DNA of 64,000 nt from Chthoniobacteraceae bacterium (GCA_037190965.1 JBBCKI010000068.1:42739-106738), one strand, 5' to 3'; shown: positions 1 through 9,690, counted from the stretch's first letter. Made by a program: numbers and translations. The notes: a model not told the origin generated them from the letters alone.

Positions 1-331
1 AGTCATGGCCGTCGACCGCTACGCGAACCGGGGTGCCGGGCTGGCCCGTCAGGGCATAGGAAACGCCGGTGGAATCCAGATCCTCGCCCACCCGCCGCCC
101 CATGAAGCGTTTGATGGAATAGACCGTCTCAGTAGGGGCCAGAACCCGCATCCGGCTCGCCGCGCTTCCCACGAGCGGCTCTCCATGTTCACTGGGAAAG
201 TGAACCACCGAAGGCGTCAGGCGCTTGCCATCGCGATCCGCTAGTAGAATAGGGAAACCGGCGTCCATCACGCCGATGAGCGAGTTGGTGGTGCCGAGAT
301 CGATGCCGACGATGGGATCCAGAGAGTCCAT
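1..331 (-). CDS. hscA: Hsp70-family chaperone (HscA/DnaK-like), N-terminal part; runs off the window edge
   Basis: Not in the ORF track. Manual translation from ATG at 331 gives MDSLDPIVGIDLGTTNSLIGV...GKRLTPSVV...SIKRF, the Hsp70 signature. Lies downstream of hscB. Confidence 0.85.
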   Translation of the reverse strand, partial: MDSLDPIVGIDLGTTNSLIGVMDAGFPILLADRDGKRLTPSVVHFPSEHGEPLVGSAASRMRVLAPTETVYSIKRFMGRRVGEDLDSTGVSYALTGQPGTPVRVAVDGHD

Positions 332-371
332 GGCGGGAAGCTAATGCCAATGACCTCCCCGGGACAACGGC

Positions 372-541
372 TAAAGCGTTTTTGAGTTAGATGTTTACAG
401 AGGATTTGCGAGCACCGCAGTTCGATGGGAGGCTTTTCGAGCGCAGTGGCTGTATTTTCAATACTGCCCAAGCTCGAAATGCTTCATAGCGGACTGTGCT
501 GCCGCAAAGCCTTTGTAAACAGGAACTCAAAACCACTTTTA
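372..541. mobile_element. MITE-like element (family A), ~45-bp imperfect terminal inverted repeats, TA at both ends
   Basis: Left end TAaagcgtttttgagttagatgtttacagaggatttgcg matches the reverse complement of the right end TAaaagtggttttgagttcctgtttacaaaggctttgcg. Confidence 0.7.
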
Positions 542-1123
542 ACTCTCGATTTGCAGCCGAACCAGCCCTTCGCGGATCTGCGCGCTCCATTTATCGAGGT
601 AGCCAAGCGCCTGCGCGGTCTCCGCGACTTGTGAAACGGGCCGCTCTGCTTCGCCGCTCGTCCAGGCTGCATCCAGCGCGGGAATGCGTTCCAGCCACCG
701 CCCCCGTTCCGCCTCCAGCACTGCCAGCAGCGCCTCAAGGTCCTCCTGGAGCGTGTATTGTTCGGCTAACAACAACGCCTTCGCGAGCGCCGACCCGGCG
801 GCGGTCCGCTTTTTCAGAAAACCGTCGAGTGCTTGTTTTTTGGCCCCCATTTCCAGAAAAAGCTCGCCCACCGAAGGCGGAGCCGCCACGCCCCGGAACG
901 GCTCTTCGGGCGCTTCCAGTTCCAACAGGTGACGAAGCCGTGCGCGCGGATTGTTTAACACCCCGTAGGCCACGGTCAGCGCGGCGAAGGGGGGCGATCC
1001 GGCATCCGTTCCCGCCACGTCGGGGTGATGCTCCGCCGTCAAGGCGTGGAATCGGGCTTTCAGCGCCTCTTCTTCGAGCCATGGACGGCGCGGCTCCCCC
1101 AGCAAGGCAAAATGATCAGTCAT
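539..1123 (-). CDS. hscB: HscB-like J-domain co-chaperone
   Basis: MTDHFALLG...RFHALTAEHHPD: J-domain with HPD followed by a helical C-terminal domain; adjacent to the Hsp70 gene. ATG at 1123 chosen as start. Confidence 0.85.
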   Translation of the reverse strand: MTDHFALLGEPRRPWLEEEALKARFHALTAEHHPDVAGTDAGSPPFAALTVAYGVLNNPRARLRHLLELEAPEEPFRGVAAPPSVGELFLEMGAKKQALDGFLKKRTAAGSALAKALLLAEQYTLQEDLEALLAVLEAERGRWLERIPALDAAWTSGEAERPVSQVAETAQALGYLDKWSAQIREGLVRLQIES

Positions 1124-1163
1124 TCCGGGAACCGTGCCGTGAAAGCCAAAAAGCGGCAACTTA

Positions 1164-1404
1164 AACCTGAATTCCGAGGTTGTTGCGGCGAGATCCCGTG
1201 CACGGCACGGGCTCCGCGTTGAGACTCCGCTGCGCTTCGTATTGAGAAAACCGTTTCGCGGTGGCGGTCTGACGCAATTTGTTGGCCGCGAGTGCCTTTC
1301 GTCAGAGACTCACCGTATCTAAAGATGCGCTTCGCTCTTCCTCAAGTCATCGCGACTCAACCCTCTCGCGCCAGCTCATCCGCTCCAACATCGGAGTTCA
1401 GGTT
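1164..1404. mobile_element. MITE-like element (family C), 19-bp terminal inverted repeats
   Basis: Left AACCTGAATTCCGAGGTTG versus right (reverse complement) AACCTGAACTCCGATGTTG, 2 mismatches; interior non-coding. Confidence 0.7.
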
Positions 1405-1411
1405 AAATGAC

Positions 1412-1468
1412 TTGACGGCATCCTAAGGGGTGATAGTTAGGTTTCTAAACTATCAGGGGGCTAACTAA
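1412..1468 (+). promoter_or_regulatory. Putative marR-RND promoter with MarR operator palindrome
   Basis: TTGACG at 1412. Perfect inverted repeat TGATAGTT-N9-AACTATCA at 1431-1455 covers the -10 region; a further CTAACTA half-site at 1461. Confidence 0.65.
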
Positions 1469-1534
1469 CCGGGTTCGCGCGATTCTTCTCGAGCGTCGCC
1501 GGTTCACCACCAATCCAAAAAACATCCTCACGCC

Positions 1535-2086
1535 ATGCCCCTCCTGATGCTCAAAGACCTCCCCCGCTACGAATGCCTTCTCAAGGCGGCGGAGCGGTAT
1601 CCCGACATGGAACTCAGCGCGAACGAGGCGTTCCTGAACCTCCTGAGGACGGCGGACATGATGTTTGCGGAAAAGGGGCGCTACCTCGGCCAGCTTGGCC
1701 TGAGCCAGGGGCGTTTCACCGTTCTGATGCTTCTCAACGGGTGCTGCGAACATCCGGCGACGCCTGCGTCGCTCGCGGATGAAGCCGGAGTGACCCGCGC
1801 GACCATGACGGGGCTCATCGATAACCTGGAGCGGGACGGTTTTGTCGTCCGCGAAGCCGATCCCCTTGATCGCCGTACGGTTCTGGTGCGGCTGACGGAG
1901 GCGGGCCAAACGTTTGTGGAAGGGATGCTCCCCGGCTGGTTCCAGCGAGTTTCCTCCGTCATCGACCCCTTGGACGAGGCGGAACGCAAAACACTCGTGG
2001 ACCTCCTCCAGAAAATCCAGATCGGCCTGACTCCTTCCCCCGCAGAAGATCTTAAAACCGAATCGTTCAAACCATCCGAAGCCTGA
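1535..2086 (+). CDS. MarR-family transcriptional regulator
   Basis: LA..AGVTRATMTGLIDNLERDG and DRR..LVRLT winged-HTH motifs. Confidence 0.93.
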   Translation: MPLLMLKDLPRYECLLKAAERYPDMELSANEAFLNLLRTADMMFAEKGRYLGQLGLSQGRFTVLMLLNGCCEHPATPASLADEAGVTRATMTGLIDNLERDGFVVREADPLDRRTVLVRLTEAGQTFVEGMLPGWFQRVSSVIDPLDEAERKTLVDLLQKIQIGLTPSPAEDLKTESFKPSEA

Positions 2087-2091
2087 AATTT

Positions 2092-3213
2092 ATGTGGAAG
2101 AGAATGCTGACAATGCTGGTTCTGGTGGTCCTCGCCGTGGGGGCTATCGCCTTTGCTAAATACCGCCAGATCCGCGCGGCGATGGCGCAGGGGATGAGCT
2201 TCAAGATGCCTCCCGCCGCCGTCACTACGCTGGTCGCCCGGGGGGAGCGGTGGCAGCCGGTACTTCACGCGGTCGGCTCGCTACGGGCCGTGCACGGGGT
2301 GGAAGTCAGCACCGATCTCTCCGGGATCGTGCGGGAGATCGCCTTCGAATCCGGCACGCCGGTGAAAGAGGGTGACTTGCTCATCAAGCTCGATACCCGG
2401 CAGGAAGAGGCCCAACTGAAAGCGGCGGAGGCCGCCCGGGAACTGGCCCGCCTGAACCTGAGCCGCCAGCGCGACCTGCTTTCCAAGAAGGCCACCTCCC
2501 AATCGGAGTTTGACGCGGCGGCGGCAAGCGCCGACCAGAGCGACGCCTCGGTGGAGCAGATCAAGGCGCTTATCGCCCGCAAGACCATCCATGCTCCCTT
2601 CGATGGCGTGCTCGGAATCCGGAACGTGAACATCGGCCAGTTTCTCGATGTGGGGAAATCGATCGTCCCGCTCCAATCGCAGGATCCGATCTATGTCGAG
2701 TTCGCGCTTCCGCAGCAGGAACTCGGCAACGTCGCCCTGGGGAAGAAAGTCCGGCTCAAGGTGACCGGGCTGGAAGGTAAAGAGTTTGACGGCGAGATCA
2801 CCGCTATCAACTCCAAGGTGGACGAATCCACCCGCAACATCCAGGTGGAAGCCACCGTTTCCAACAAGGACGGCATCCTGCGTAGCGGCATGTTTGTGCG
2901 GGTGGAAGTCCTGATGCCCGAACAGGATGGCATCGTCGCCATTCCGGCCTCCTCGATCAACTACGCTCCTTATGGTGATTCGGTCTTCATCGTCAAGGAC
3001 GCGGAGGGGGGGCAGGGCGGCAAACAGGTGATCCAGCAGGTGGTGAAGGTGGGGCCCTCGCGCGGCGATCAGGTCTCCATTCTTTCCGGGGTAAAGGAAG
3101 GCGACGAAGTGGTGACTTCCGGCGGGTTCAAGCTCAACAGCGGCGCCGAGGTTCAGGTCAACAACACCGTTCAGCCGAGCAACGAAGCCAACCCGAACCC
3201 GCCCGAAACCTGA
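2092..3213 (+). CDS. RND efflux periplasmic adaptor (membrane fusion protein)
   Basis: N-terminal TM; lipoyl/hairpin motifs (V..GDLLIKLD, IHAPFDG, LRSGMF); precedes the RND gene. Confidence 0.93.
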   Translation: MWKRMLTMLVLVVLAVGAIAFAKYRQIRAAMAQGMSFKMPPAAVTTLVARGERWQPVLHAVGSLRAVHGVEVSTDLSGIVREIAFESGTPVKEGDLLIKLDTRQEEAQLKAAEAARELARLNLSRQRDLLSKKATSQSEFDAAAASADQSDASVEQIKALIARKTIHAPFDGVLGIRNVNIGQFLDVGKSIVPLQSQDPIYVEFALPQQELGNVALGKKVRLKVTGLEGKEFDGEITAINSKVDESTRNIQVEATVSNKDGILRSGMFVRVEVLMPEQDGIVAIPASSINYAPYGDSVFIVKDAEGGQGGKQVIQQVVKVGPSRGDQVSILSGVKEGDEVVTSGGFKLNSGAEVQVNNTVQPSNEANPNPPET

Positions 3214-3238
3214 CGGTCTTTTGGATCTCTCTTAGGTT

Positions 3239-6200
3239 ATGAATTTTACCGATCTCTTCATCCGGCGGCCCGTCGTGGCAACCGTCGTCAGCTTGCTCAT
3301 TCTGCTGGCGGGGTTCCAGTCGTACCGTTTGCTCAACGTGCGGCAATACCCGCGCAGCGACATTGCCGTCATCACGGTCAAAACTGCCTATGTCGGCGCG
3401 AATGCCGACCTCGTGCGAGGCTTCATCACCACGCCGCTCGAACGCGTTATCTCCAGCGCGGATGGGATTGACTTCGTGGAATCGACGAGCGCGCAGAGCC
3501 TCAGCACCATCTCGGTTCATCTCAAGCTCAACTACGATACCAACGCCGCGCTCACGCAGATCCAGGCGAAGGTCGCACAGGTTCGCAATCAGCTTCCTCC
3601 CGAGGCGGAGTCGCCGGTTATCGAGTTGGAAACGACGGATAACCAGTTCGCGTCGATGTACCTGAGCTTCTACTCCAAGGAGCTTGATCAGAACCAGATC
3701 ACCGATTACCTCACCCGGGTCGTCCAGCCGAAGCTCTCCGCCGTCAGCGGGGTGCAGCGGGCCGATATTCTCGGGGCGCGCACGTTTGCCATGCGGATCT
3801 GGTTGAAGTCGGACCGCCTTGCCGCGTTGAACGTGTCACCTTCCGAAGTTCGCGCCGCGTTGGCGTCGAACAACTATCTCTCCGCCGTCGGCGCCACCAA
3901 GGGGTCGATGATCTCCGTCAACCTGATCGCCAATACTGACCTGAGATCGCCGGAAGAATTCCGGGAGCTTGTCGTGCGGGAGCGGGATGGCGTGATCGTC
4001 CGGCTCAAAGACGTGGCCGAAGTCAACCTCGGCGCGGAGAGCTACAACGACGACGTCCGCTTCTCCGGTCAGAAGGCGACCTTCATGGGCATCTGGGTGC
4101 TGCCGACCGCCAACTCCCTCGATGTCATCAAAGCCGTGCGGGCGGAGTTGCCCGCCATTGAGAAGCAGCTCCCCTCCGGCATGAACGTCGGGGTCGGTTA
4201 CGACGCCACCGAGTACATCAACGATGCGCTCCATGAGGTCATCCGTACCTTGAGCGAGACGCTCATTATCGTCGTCATCGTCATCTTCTTCTTCCTTGGC
4301 TCGCTCCGGACGGTGTTGATTCCGGTTGTCGCCATCCCGATCTCGCTCGTCGGCGCGCTTTTCCTGATGCTGCTCTTCGGGTTCACGATCAATCTCCTCA
4401 CGTTGCTGGCCATTGTGCTGGCGGTCGGGCTTGTGGTGGACGACGCCATCGTTGTGGTCGAAAACGTGGAGCGGTATCTGCAACTGGGCCATGCTCCATT
4501 CGAGGCGGCCCTCAAGGCTGCCCGCGAACTCTTCGGGCCGCTGGTCGCCATGACGATCACTCTCGCGGCGGTCTATGCGCCCATCGGGCTGCAAGGCGGG
4601 CTGACGGGCACGCTCTTCCGTGAGTTCGCCTTCACGCTGGCGGGCGCGGTGGCTGTGTCCGGGGTTGTGGCGCTCACGCTCTCTCCGATGATGTCTTCGG
4701 TGCTGCTGAGGTCGGGGGATTCGCACCGGGGTTATGCAGGATGGATCAACCATCGCTTTGACGCGTTGCGCAGGCTTTATCGGCGCATTCTTGCCAATAC
4801 GCTTAACTACCGTCCCGTCACCATCACCCTCGCGGTGATCATTATTCTTCTCTCGGCCCCGTTCTTCATGTTCTCGCAGAAGGAACTTGCGCCCAAGGAG
4901 GATCAAGGTTTCGTGATGGCGATTCTCCAGGCATCGCCGAATTCCACCATCGACCAGACGGTTCTTTATTCCGAACAGGTCTACGAAGTCTTCAAGACGA
5001 TCCCTGAAATGGGGAACGCCTTTCAGCTCACCAGCCCCGGCGGCGGTTTCGGCGGTCTCGTCACCAAGCCGTGGAGCCAGCGCACACGATCCACGGAAGA
5101 GATCAACGGCGAGCTTTTCGGCAAGGTCTCCGGCATCGGCGGCGTGCGCGTCATCACCACGACGCCTTCTCCGCTGCCCGGCGGCAGCAACTTCCCGGTG
5201 GAAATAGCCATCGTCTCCACGGCGGAACCGGCGCAGTTGTTGGAGTTCGCCAACCAACTGGTGCAGACCGCCTACAAGACGGGGCTTTTCATGTATGCGG
5301 ATACCGACCTGAAGTTTGACCAGCCGCAGACGGAAATCGTGTTCGACAGGGACAAGGTCGCTTCGCTCGGACTCAACCTGCAAAAGGTCGGCGCGGACCT
5401 CGGTACCTTGCTCGGCGGGAACTATGTCAACTGGTTCAACATCCAGGGCCGCAGTTACAAGGTCATCCCGCAGATTACGCGTACGGAGCGGCTCAACACC
5501 GATCAGTTGAACGACTATTACGTCAGTGGCCCGGATGGGAAGCTGGTCGCCCTTTCGACATTCGCCACGTTGAAAACCTCGGTGGAGCCCCGTTCGCTCA
5601 ACCGTTTCCAGCAGCTCAACTCTGCGCGCATCCAGGGGGTTATCCCGCCCGGCGTGTCATTGGACATGGCGCTCTCGAAACTCGAGGAAGAGGCCGCAAA
5701 AATTCTCCCGAAAGGCTTCACGCTTGATTACGCAGGTGAGTCCCGCCAGCTCCGGCTGGAGGGCAACAGCTTTTACGGAACGATGGCGCTTTCGCTCATC
5801 CTCATCTTCCTGGTGCTGGCAGCCCAGTTTGAGAGTTTCCGCGATCCGTTCATCATTCTGGCCGGATCGGTGCCGCTCGCGCTCTCCGGCGCGCTGTTCT
5901 TCACCTTCTTCGGGTTCACCTCGCTCAACATTTACAGTCAGGTCGGGTTGATCACGCTCGTCGGGTTGATCGCCAAGAACGGCATTCTGATCGTCGAGTT
6001 CGCCAACCACTTGCAGGAGTCGGGCTTGAGCAAACTTCACGCCGTGATCGAAGCCGCCGCGACCCGTCTGCGTCCGATCCTGATGACGACAGTGGCCACG
6101 GTCGTCGGACACTTCCCGCTGGTGCTGGCCAGCGGCCCCGGCGCGGGCTCCCGTAACAGCATCGGCATTGTGCTGGTGACCGGCATGATCATCGGGACGA

Positions 6201-6331
6201 TCTTCACGCTTTTCGTGGTGCCGACAATTTATGTCGTCATCGCACGGGACCGTGGCGGGAAGAAGACGCGGATGGAGGAAGAGAGAGTGGAGAGCAAGGA
6301 GACGCCGGTGTTGGAACCGGCCACGGCGTAG
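3239..6331 (+). CDS. RND efflux permease (AcrB/MexW/MexI-like)
   Basis: 1030 aa; FIRRPV, GLVVDDAIVVVEN, KNGILIVEFA and RLRPILMT motifs. Confidence 0.96.
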   Translation: MNFTDLFIRRPVVATVVSLLILLAGFQSYRLLNVRQYPRSDIAVITVKTAYVGANADLVRGFITTPLERVISSADGIDFVESTSAQSLSTISVHLKLNYDTNAALTQIQAKVAQVRNQLPPEAESPVIELETTDNQFASMYLSFYSKELDQNQITDYLTRVVQPKLSAVSGVQRADILGARTFAMRIWLKSDRLAALNVSPSEVRAALASNNYLSAVGATKGSMISVNLIANTDLRSPEEFRELVVRERDGVIVRLKDVAEVNLGAESYNDDVRFSGQKATFMGIWVLPTANSLDVIKAVRAELPAIEKQLPSGMNVGVGYDATEYINDALHEVIRTLSETLIIVVIVIFFFLGSLRTVLIPVVAIPISLVGALFLMLLFGFTINLLTLLAIVLAVGLVVDDAIVVVENVERYLQLGHAPFEAALKAARELFGPLVAMTITLAAVYAPIGLQGGLTGTLFREFAFTLAGAVAVSGVVALTLSPMMSSVLLRSGDSHRGYAGWINHRFDALRRLYRRILANTLNYRPVTITLAVIIILLSAPFFMFSQKELAPKEDQGFVMAILQASPNSTIDQTVLYSEQVYEVFKTIPEMGNAFQLTSPGGGFGGLVTKPWSQRTRSTEEINGELFGKVSGIGGVRVITTTPSPLPGGSNFPVEIAIVSTAEPAQLLEFANQLVQTAYKTGLFMYADTDLKFDQPQTEIVFDRDKVASLGLNLQKVGADLGTLLGGNYVNWFNIQGRSYKVIPQITRTERLNTDQLNDYYVSGPDGKLVALSTFATLKTSVEPRSLNRFQQLNSARIQGVIPPGVSLDMALSKLEEEAAKILPKGFTLDYAGESRQLRLEGNSFYGTMALSLILIFLVLAAQFESFRDPFIILAGSVPLALSGALFFTFFGFTSLNIYSQVGLITLVGLIAKNGILIVEFANHLQESGLSKLHAVIEAAATRLRPILMTTVATVVGHFPLVLASGPGAGSRNSIGIVLVTGMIIGTIFTLFVVPTIYVVIARDRGGKKTRMEEERVESKETPVLEPATA

Positions 6332-6340
6332 AGCCCGAAA

Positions 6341-6480
6341 AGAGTGGGCCTGCGGCCGTGACGGCGTCGTGGAACTCCGCCCTCCGACGATCGCGCGGCA
6401 AGCGCGCGCAGGACGAGGGTGGGGGAAACTGCGGCGCGAAATGCCCCCTCCTGACGGAGGGCGCAGCTCTGCGACGCCGC
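6341..6480. repeat. REPIN-like doublet (family D), copy 1
   Basis: Inverted arms cggcgtcgtggaactccgccctccg (6362-6386) and cggagggcgcagctctgcgacgccg (6455-6479). A homologue at 63896-64000 shares caagcgcgcgcaggacga. Confidence 0.75.
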
Positions 6481-6496
6481 AGATATACGACGCTGA

Positions 6497-7597
6497 TTAA
6501 TCCCGCACCGCGCCCGCCGAGTTCCCCAATGCGGACTCTTCTTCGGGCAGGAATACCTTGAAGCGGTTCTTGTCGATCGCCTTCATGTATGCCTCGTGCG
6601 GGGAGACCATGCCCTGTTGCATGACGTGCCAGATGGCGTCGTCCATGAACTGCATCCCCTGGCCTTTGCCGCCGACGATCACGTCCTGAAGCTTCTGCGT
6701 CGCGCCTTCACGGATGATGGCGGAGACAGCGCTGTTGGCGACGAGGATTTCGTTGACCGCCAAGCGCCCCGGTTTGTCGCTGCGCTTGAGGAGAAGCTGG
6801 GCCACGACACCGCGCAACGAGGAGGAGATCATCGTGCGAACCTGCGCCTGCTGGTCGGATGGAAACACGTCAATGAGACGATCGATCGTCTTGCGGGCAT
6901 TGTTGGTGTGCAGCGTGCCGAAAACGAGGAGGCCGGTTTCTGCGGCGGTCAGCGCGAGGGAGATCGTCTCCAGGTCGCGCATTTCACCCACGAGCACGAT
7001 GTCGGCGTCCTCACGCAGGGCGGCTTTGAGGCCAACCGGGAAGGAGGAGGCGTGCTCCGGCACTTCGCGCTGGGTGATGATGCTTTTCTTGTTGTTGTGA
7101 ACGAACTCGATCGGCTCCTCGATGGTGATGATGTGGCGGGCGTAGTTCGTGTTGATGTAATCCATCAACGCGGCCAGCGTGGTGCTCTTGCCCGAGCCGG
7201 TGGGGCCGGTGACGAGAACGAGCCCGCCGCGCAGCTTGCCGAATTCCTTGACCACCTCGGGAATGCCGAGTTGCTCAAGCGTGAGGATCTTTGTGGGAAT
7301 GAGACGGAAAACCGCTCCATAGCCGTTCGTCTGCTTCAGGAAGTTGCAGCGGAAGCGGGATTCCTCGTTCATCTCGTAGGCGAAGTCGAGGTCGCCGCGC
7401 TCCTCGTATTGCGCCCAGCGTTCCGGTCCCGCAATTTCGCTCAACATGTAAGCGGCCTCTTCGTGCGTGATGACTTCGTTCCGGATCGGAACGATATCGC
7501 CGTGACGCCGAATCTTGGGGGGCTGGCCTTCCCCGAGGTGAAGGTCGGAAGCTCCGGCCTGGATGAGAACTTCAAAAAACTGATCGATGTAAGCCAT
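6497..7597 (-). CDS. pilT: PilT/PilU-family type IV pilus retraction ATPase
   Basis: GPTGSGKSTT, ITIEEPIE, VGEMRD and GTLHT motifs. Confidence 0.92.
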   Translation of the reverse strand: MAYIDQFFEVLIQAGASDLHLGEGQPPKIRRHGDIVPIRNEVITHEEAAYMLSEIAGPERWAQYEERGDLDFAYEMNEESRFRCNFLKQTNGYGAVFRLIPTKILTLEQLGIPEVVKEFGKLRGGLVLVTGPTGSGKSTTLAALMDYINTNYARHIITIEEPIEFVHNNKKSIITQREVPEHASSFPVGLKAALREDADIVLVGEMRDLETISLALTAAETGLLVFGTLHTNNARKTIDRLIDVFPSDQQAQVRTMISSSLRGVVAQLLLKRSDKPGRLAVNEILVANSAVSAIIREGATQKLQDVIVGGKGQGMQFMDDAIWHVMQQGMVSPHEAYMKAIDKNRFKVFLPEEESALGNSAGAVRD

Positions 7598-7621
7598 GGA
7601 TGCGAAAGGGAGAAGGAAGGG

Positions 7622-8740
7622 CTATTGGCGCAGGCAGTGTTGCCGCATGAGCTGCTTCTGCTCCGCGCGGGCAATGGCTTCTTCTGACGTGATAAGCTTC
7701 TGGTCGTAAAGCTCCATGAGGGAGTCGTCCATCAGTTTCATGCCGAGTTTGCGCCCGGTCTGGATGATGCCCGGGAGCATGAAGGTCTTGCCTTCGCGGA
7801 TGACGTTCGCGACGGCGGGTGTGTTGACGAGAACCTCCATCGCCAGGCAACGGCCCGAGCCGTCGGCCTTCGGGACGAGCTGTTGGGAGACGACGCCCCG
7901 CAGCGATTCGCTCACCATGATGCGGATCTGTTCCCGTTGATCGGTGGGAAACACGTCCAGCACGCGATCGAGCGTCCGGGAGGCGTTGCCCGTGTGGAGT
8001 GTGCCAAGCACAAGGTGACCCGTCTCCGCGGCGGTGATGGCCAGCTGGATCGTCTCAAGATCGCGCATTTCACCGACCATGATGACGTCGGGGTCTTCAC
8101 GCAGCGCGCCGCGCAGCGCGGCGGCGAAGGAGCGGGTGTGCGTATGCACCTCACGCTGGGTGACGTGGCAACCGTTGGAGTGAAAGACGTACTCGATCGG
8201 GTCTTCGAGCGTGATGATGTGGTCATGTCGCGTGCGGTTGACCTCGTCCACCAGCGCGGCCAACGTGGTCGATTTACCGCTGCCGACGGAGCCGGTTACC
8301 AGCACCAGCCCGTTGTGATATTGGGTGAGGAGCTTGAGGGTATCAGGCAGGCAAAGCTCGTCCATCGACCGGATCTTGGTATTGATGATCCGGAACACCA
8401 TGTCGAACCCGAGCCGGTGCCGGACGACGCTGGTCCGGAAACGCCCGAAGGAGTTCGCGTACGCGAAATCGACGTCGCCTTGGTTGTGAAGTTGATGTTT
8501 CTGCTCTTCGGTAAGGAAGCCCATCGTCAGCCGCTCCGTGTCGGCGGCGGTGAGAAGGGGGGCCTGAAGCCAGATCGGTTCCAGCGTGCCGTTGCGCCTC
8601 CAGATGGGGAGAGAATTAACACCCAAGTGAATATCCGACGCATTCGATTCCTGGCCGACCCTTAGGTAATGGTCGACGTGTTCGAGTGTCTGCGTGACGG
8701 GTTCGCCCGGGGAGGGAGTCTTGGGGAGAATGTCTGACAT
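7622..8740 (-). CDS. pilT: PilT/PilU-family ATPase (second paralog)
   Basis: GSVGSGKSTT, ITLEDPIE, REDPDVIMVGEMRD, GTLHT and AVANVIRE motifs. Confidence 0.92.
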   Translation of the reverse strand: MSDILPKTPSPGEPVTQTLEHVDHYLRVGQESNASDIHLGVNSLPIWRRNGTLEPIWLQAPLLTAADTERLTMGFLTEEQKHQLHNQGDVDFAYANSFGRFRTSVVRHRLGFDMVFRIINTKIRSMDELCLPDTLKLLTQYHNGLVLVTGSVGSGKSTTLAALVDEVNRTRHDHIITLEDPIEYVFHSNGCHVTQREVHTHTRSFAAALRGALREDPDVIMVGEMRDLETIQLAITAAETGHLVLGTLHTGNASRTLDRVLDVFPTDQREQIRIMVSESLRGVVSQQLVPKADGSGRCLAMEVLVNTPAVANVIREGKTFMLPGIIQTGRKLGMKLMDDSLMELYDQKLITSEEAIARAEQKQLMRQHCLRQ

Positions 8741-8854
8741 TTTGCTGCCGAGAGAACCGACTACAGCCCGGCAGCAAAATCAATCAAAATCAAGCGTACG
8801 AGCCCTGCGATTTTCAATAAATGAGGGATTGCGGTAATGTTGTGGGTCTTCCTG

Positions 8855-9280
8855 TCAGTACCTGGAAGCACGGCGTGGCGGCTCCGGCTGATGATCGCGG
8901 GTTGCGAACTCTGTCAGCTTGTGGGTCAGGAAGGAGGTCACCGCCGGTTTGAGGAGCGTTCCCGCCAGCCCGAGCAGTGCCAGCAGCCATCCGCTGCGCT
9001 TGGCTTCCTTCGGTTCGGGCATGAAGCGCGATAAAAGCGTCTGGGGCTTCTCCTTCGGCTCTTTTAACCGGCCGGGGATCCGCGACAGAAGCCAGCCCGT
9101 CACGGCGGCTCCGGTGAACCAGAGCGTTTTCTGCCTTAAAATGGCGTGTTTGACGTGCGAGCCTACGTCGAGCCCCTGCCGGACGCCGCGCATGTCCCGG
9201 GCGAGACCCGCCCGGGAGCGTTCCAGTTCGGCGATCAGTTGCGATTTCCGCTCTTCGTCTCTTTGGGACTGCTCAGCCAT
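8855..9280 (-). CDS. Hypothetical membrane protein (YqjK/DUF3618-like position)
   Basis: RKSQLIAELERSR helix plus TM segments; third gene of a DUF883-YqjE cluster. Confidence 0.65.
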   Translation of the reverse strand: MAEQSQRDEERKSQLIAELERSRAGLARDMRGVRQGLDVGSHVKHAILRQKTLWFTGAAVTGWLLSRIPGRLKEPKEKPQTLLSRFMPEPKEAKRSGWLLALLGLAGTLLKPAVTSFLTHKLTEFATRDHQPEPPRRASRY

Positions 9281-9690
9281 TCCTGGTCCTTTTTGAATTC
9301 ATTCAACGTTGCGGTGAATACCGGTTTGCCCCATTTCGCCTTCGCTCCCCAGAGGCATCCTGCGGTGCCGATGAGGTGCAGCACTCCGACGGCAAGGGTG
9401 ATCCACCCCCAGTGCACCGCCGCGAAATGGGCGATGACCGCGATCAGCCCGATCCAGAGGAAAATGTAGCCGAAGAGCAGCAGCGCGATGGCTCCCGCCA
9501 CAAAGGCGAAGACCTTGCCGTAGGCGACCACCGCCTCCTTGCCTTCGAGGCCGGCCAGTTCGAGCCGGGCGCGAAAGTACCCGGCGGCAGAAGCCAGCAA
9601 CGAGAGCAGATGCTCCGGCAGGCCGGTGTCAGCCGCGGTCCGCTCTTCGGGCGGCTGCGTTTTCCAGATCATGTTCAAAGTTTGCCGCAT
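9235..9690 (-). CDS. YqjE/'phage holin 3_6'-family membrane protein
   Basis: RLELAGLE.KE, two TM helices, and a F.ATLNEFKKD.EWL C-terminal motif. Confidence 0.8.
   Translation of the reverse strand: MRQTLNMIWKTQPPEERTAADTGLPEHLLSLLASAAGYFRARLELAGLEGKEAVVAYGKVFAFVAGAIALLLFGYIFLWIGLIAVIAHFAAVHWGWITLAVGVLHLIGTAGCLWGAKAKWGKPVFTATLNEFKKDQEWLSSPKETKSGNRN

Noticed and set aside
9235..9690. 'Phage holin' as evidence of a prophage
   Set aside because: It is the YqjE-like member of the chromosomal DUF883 cluster, and no phage genes are nearby.
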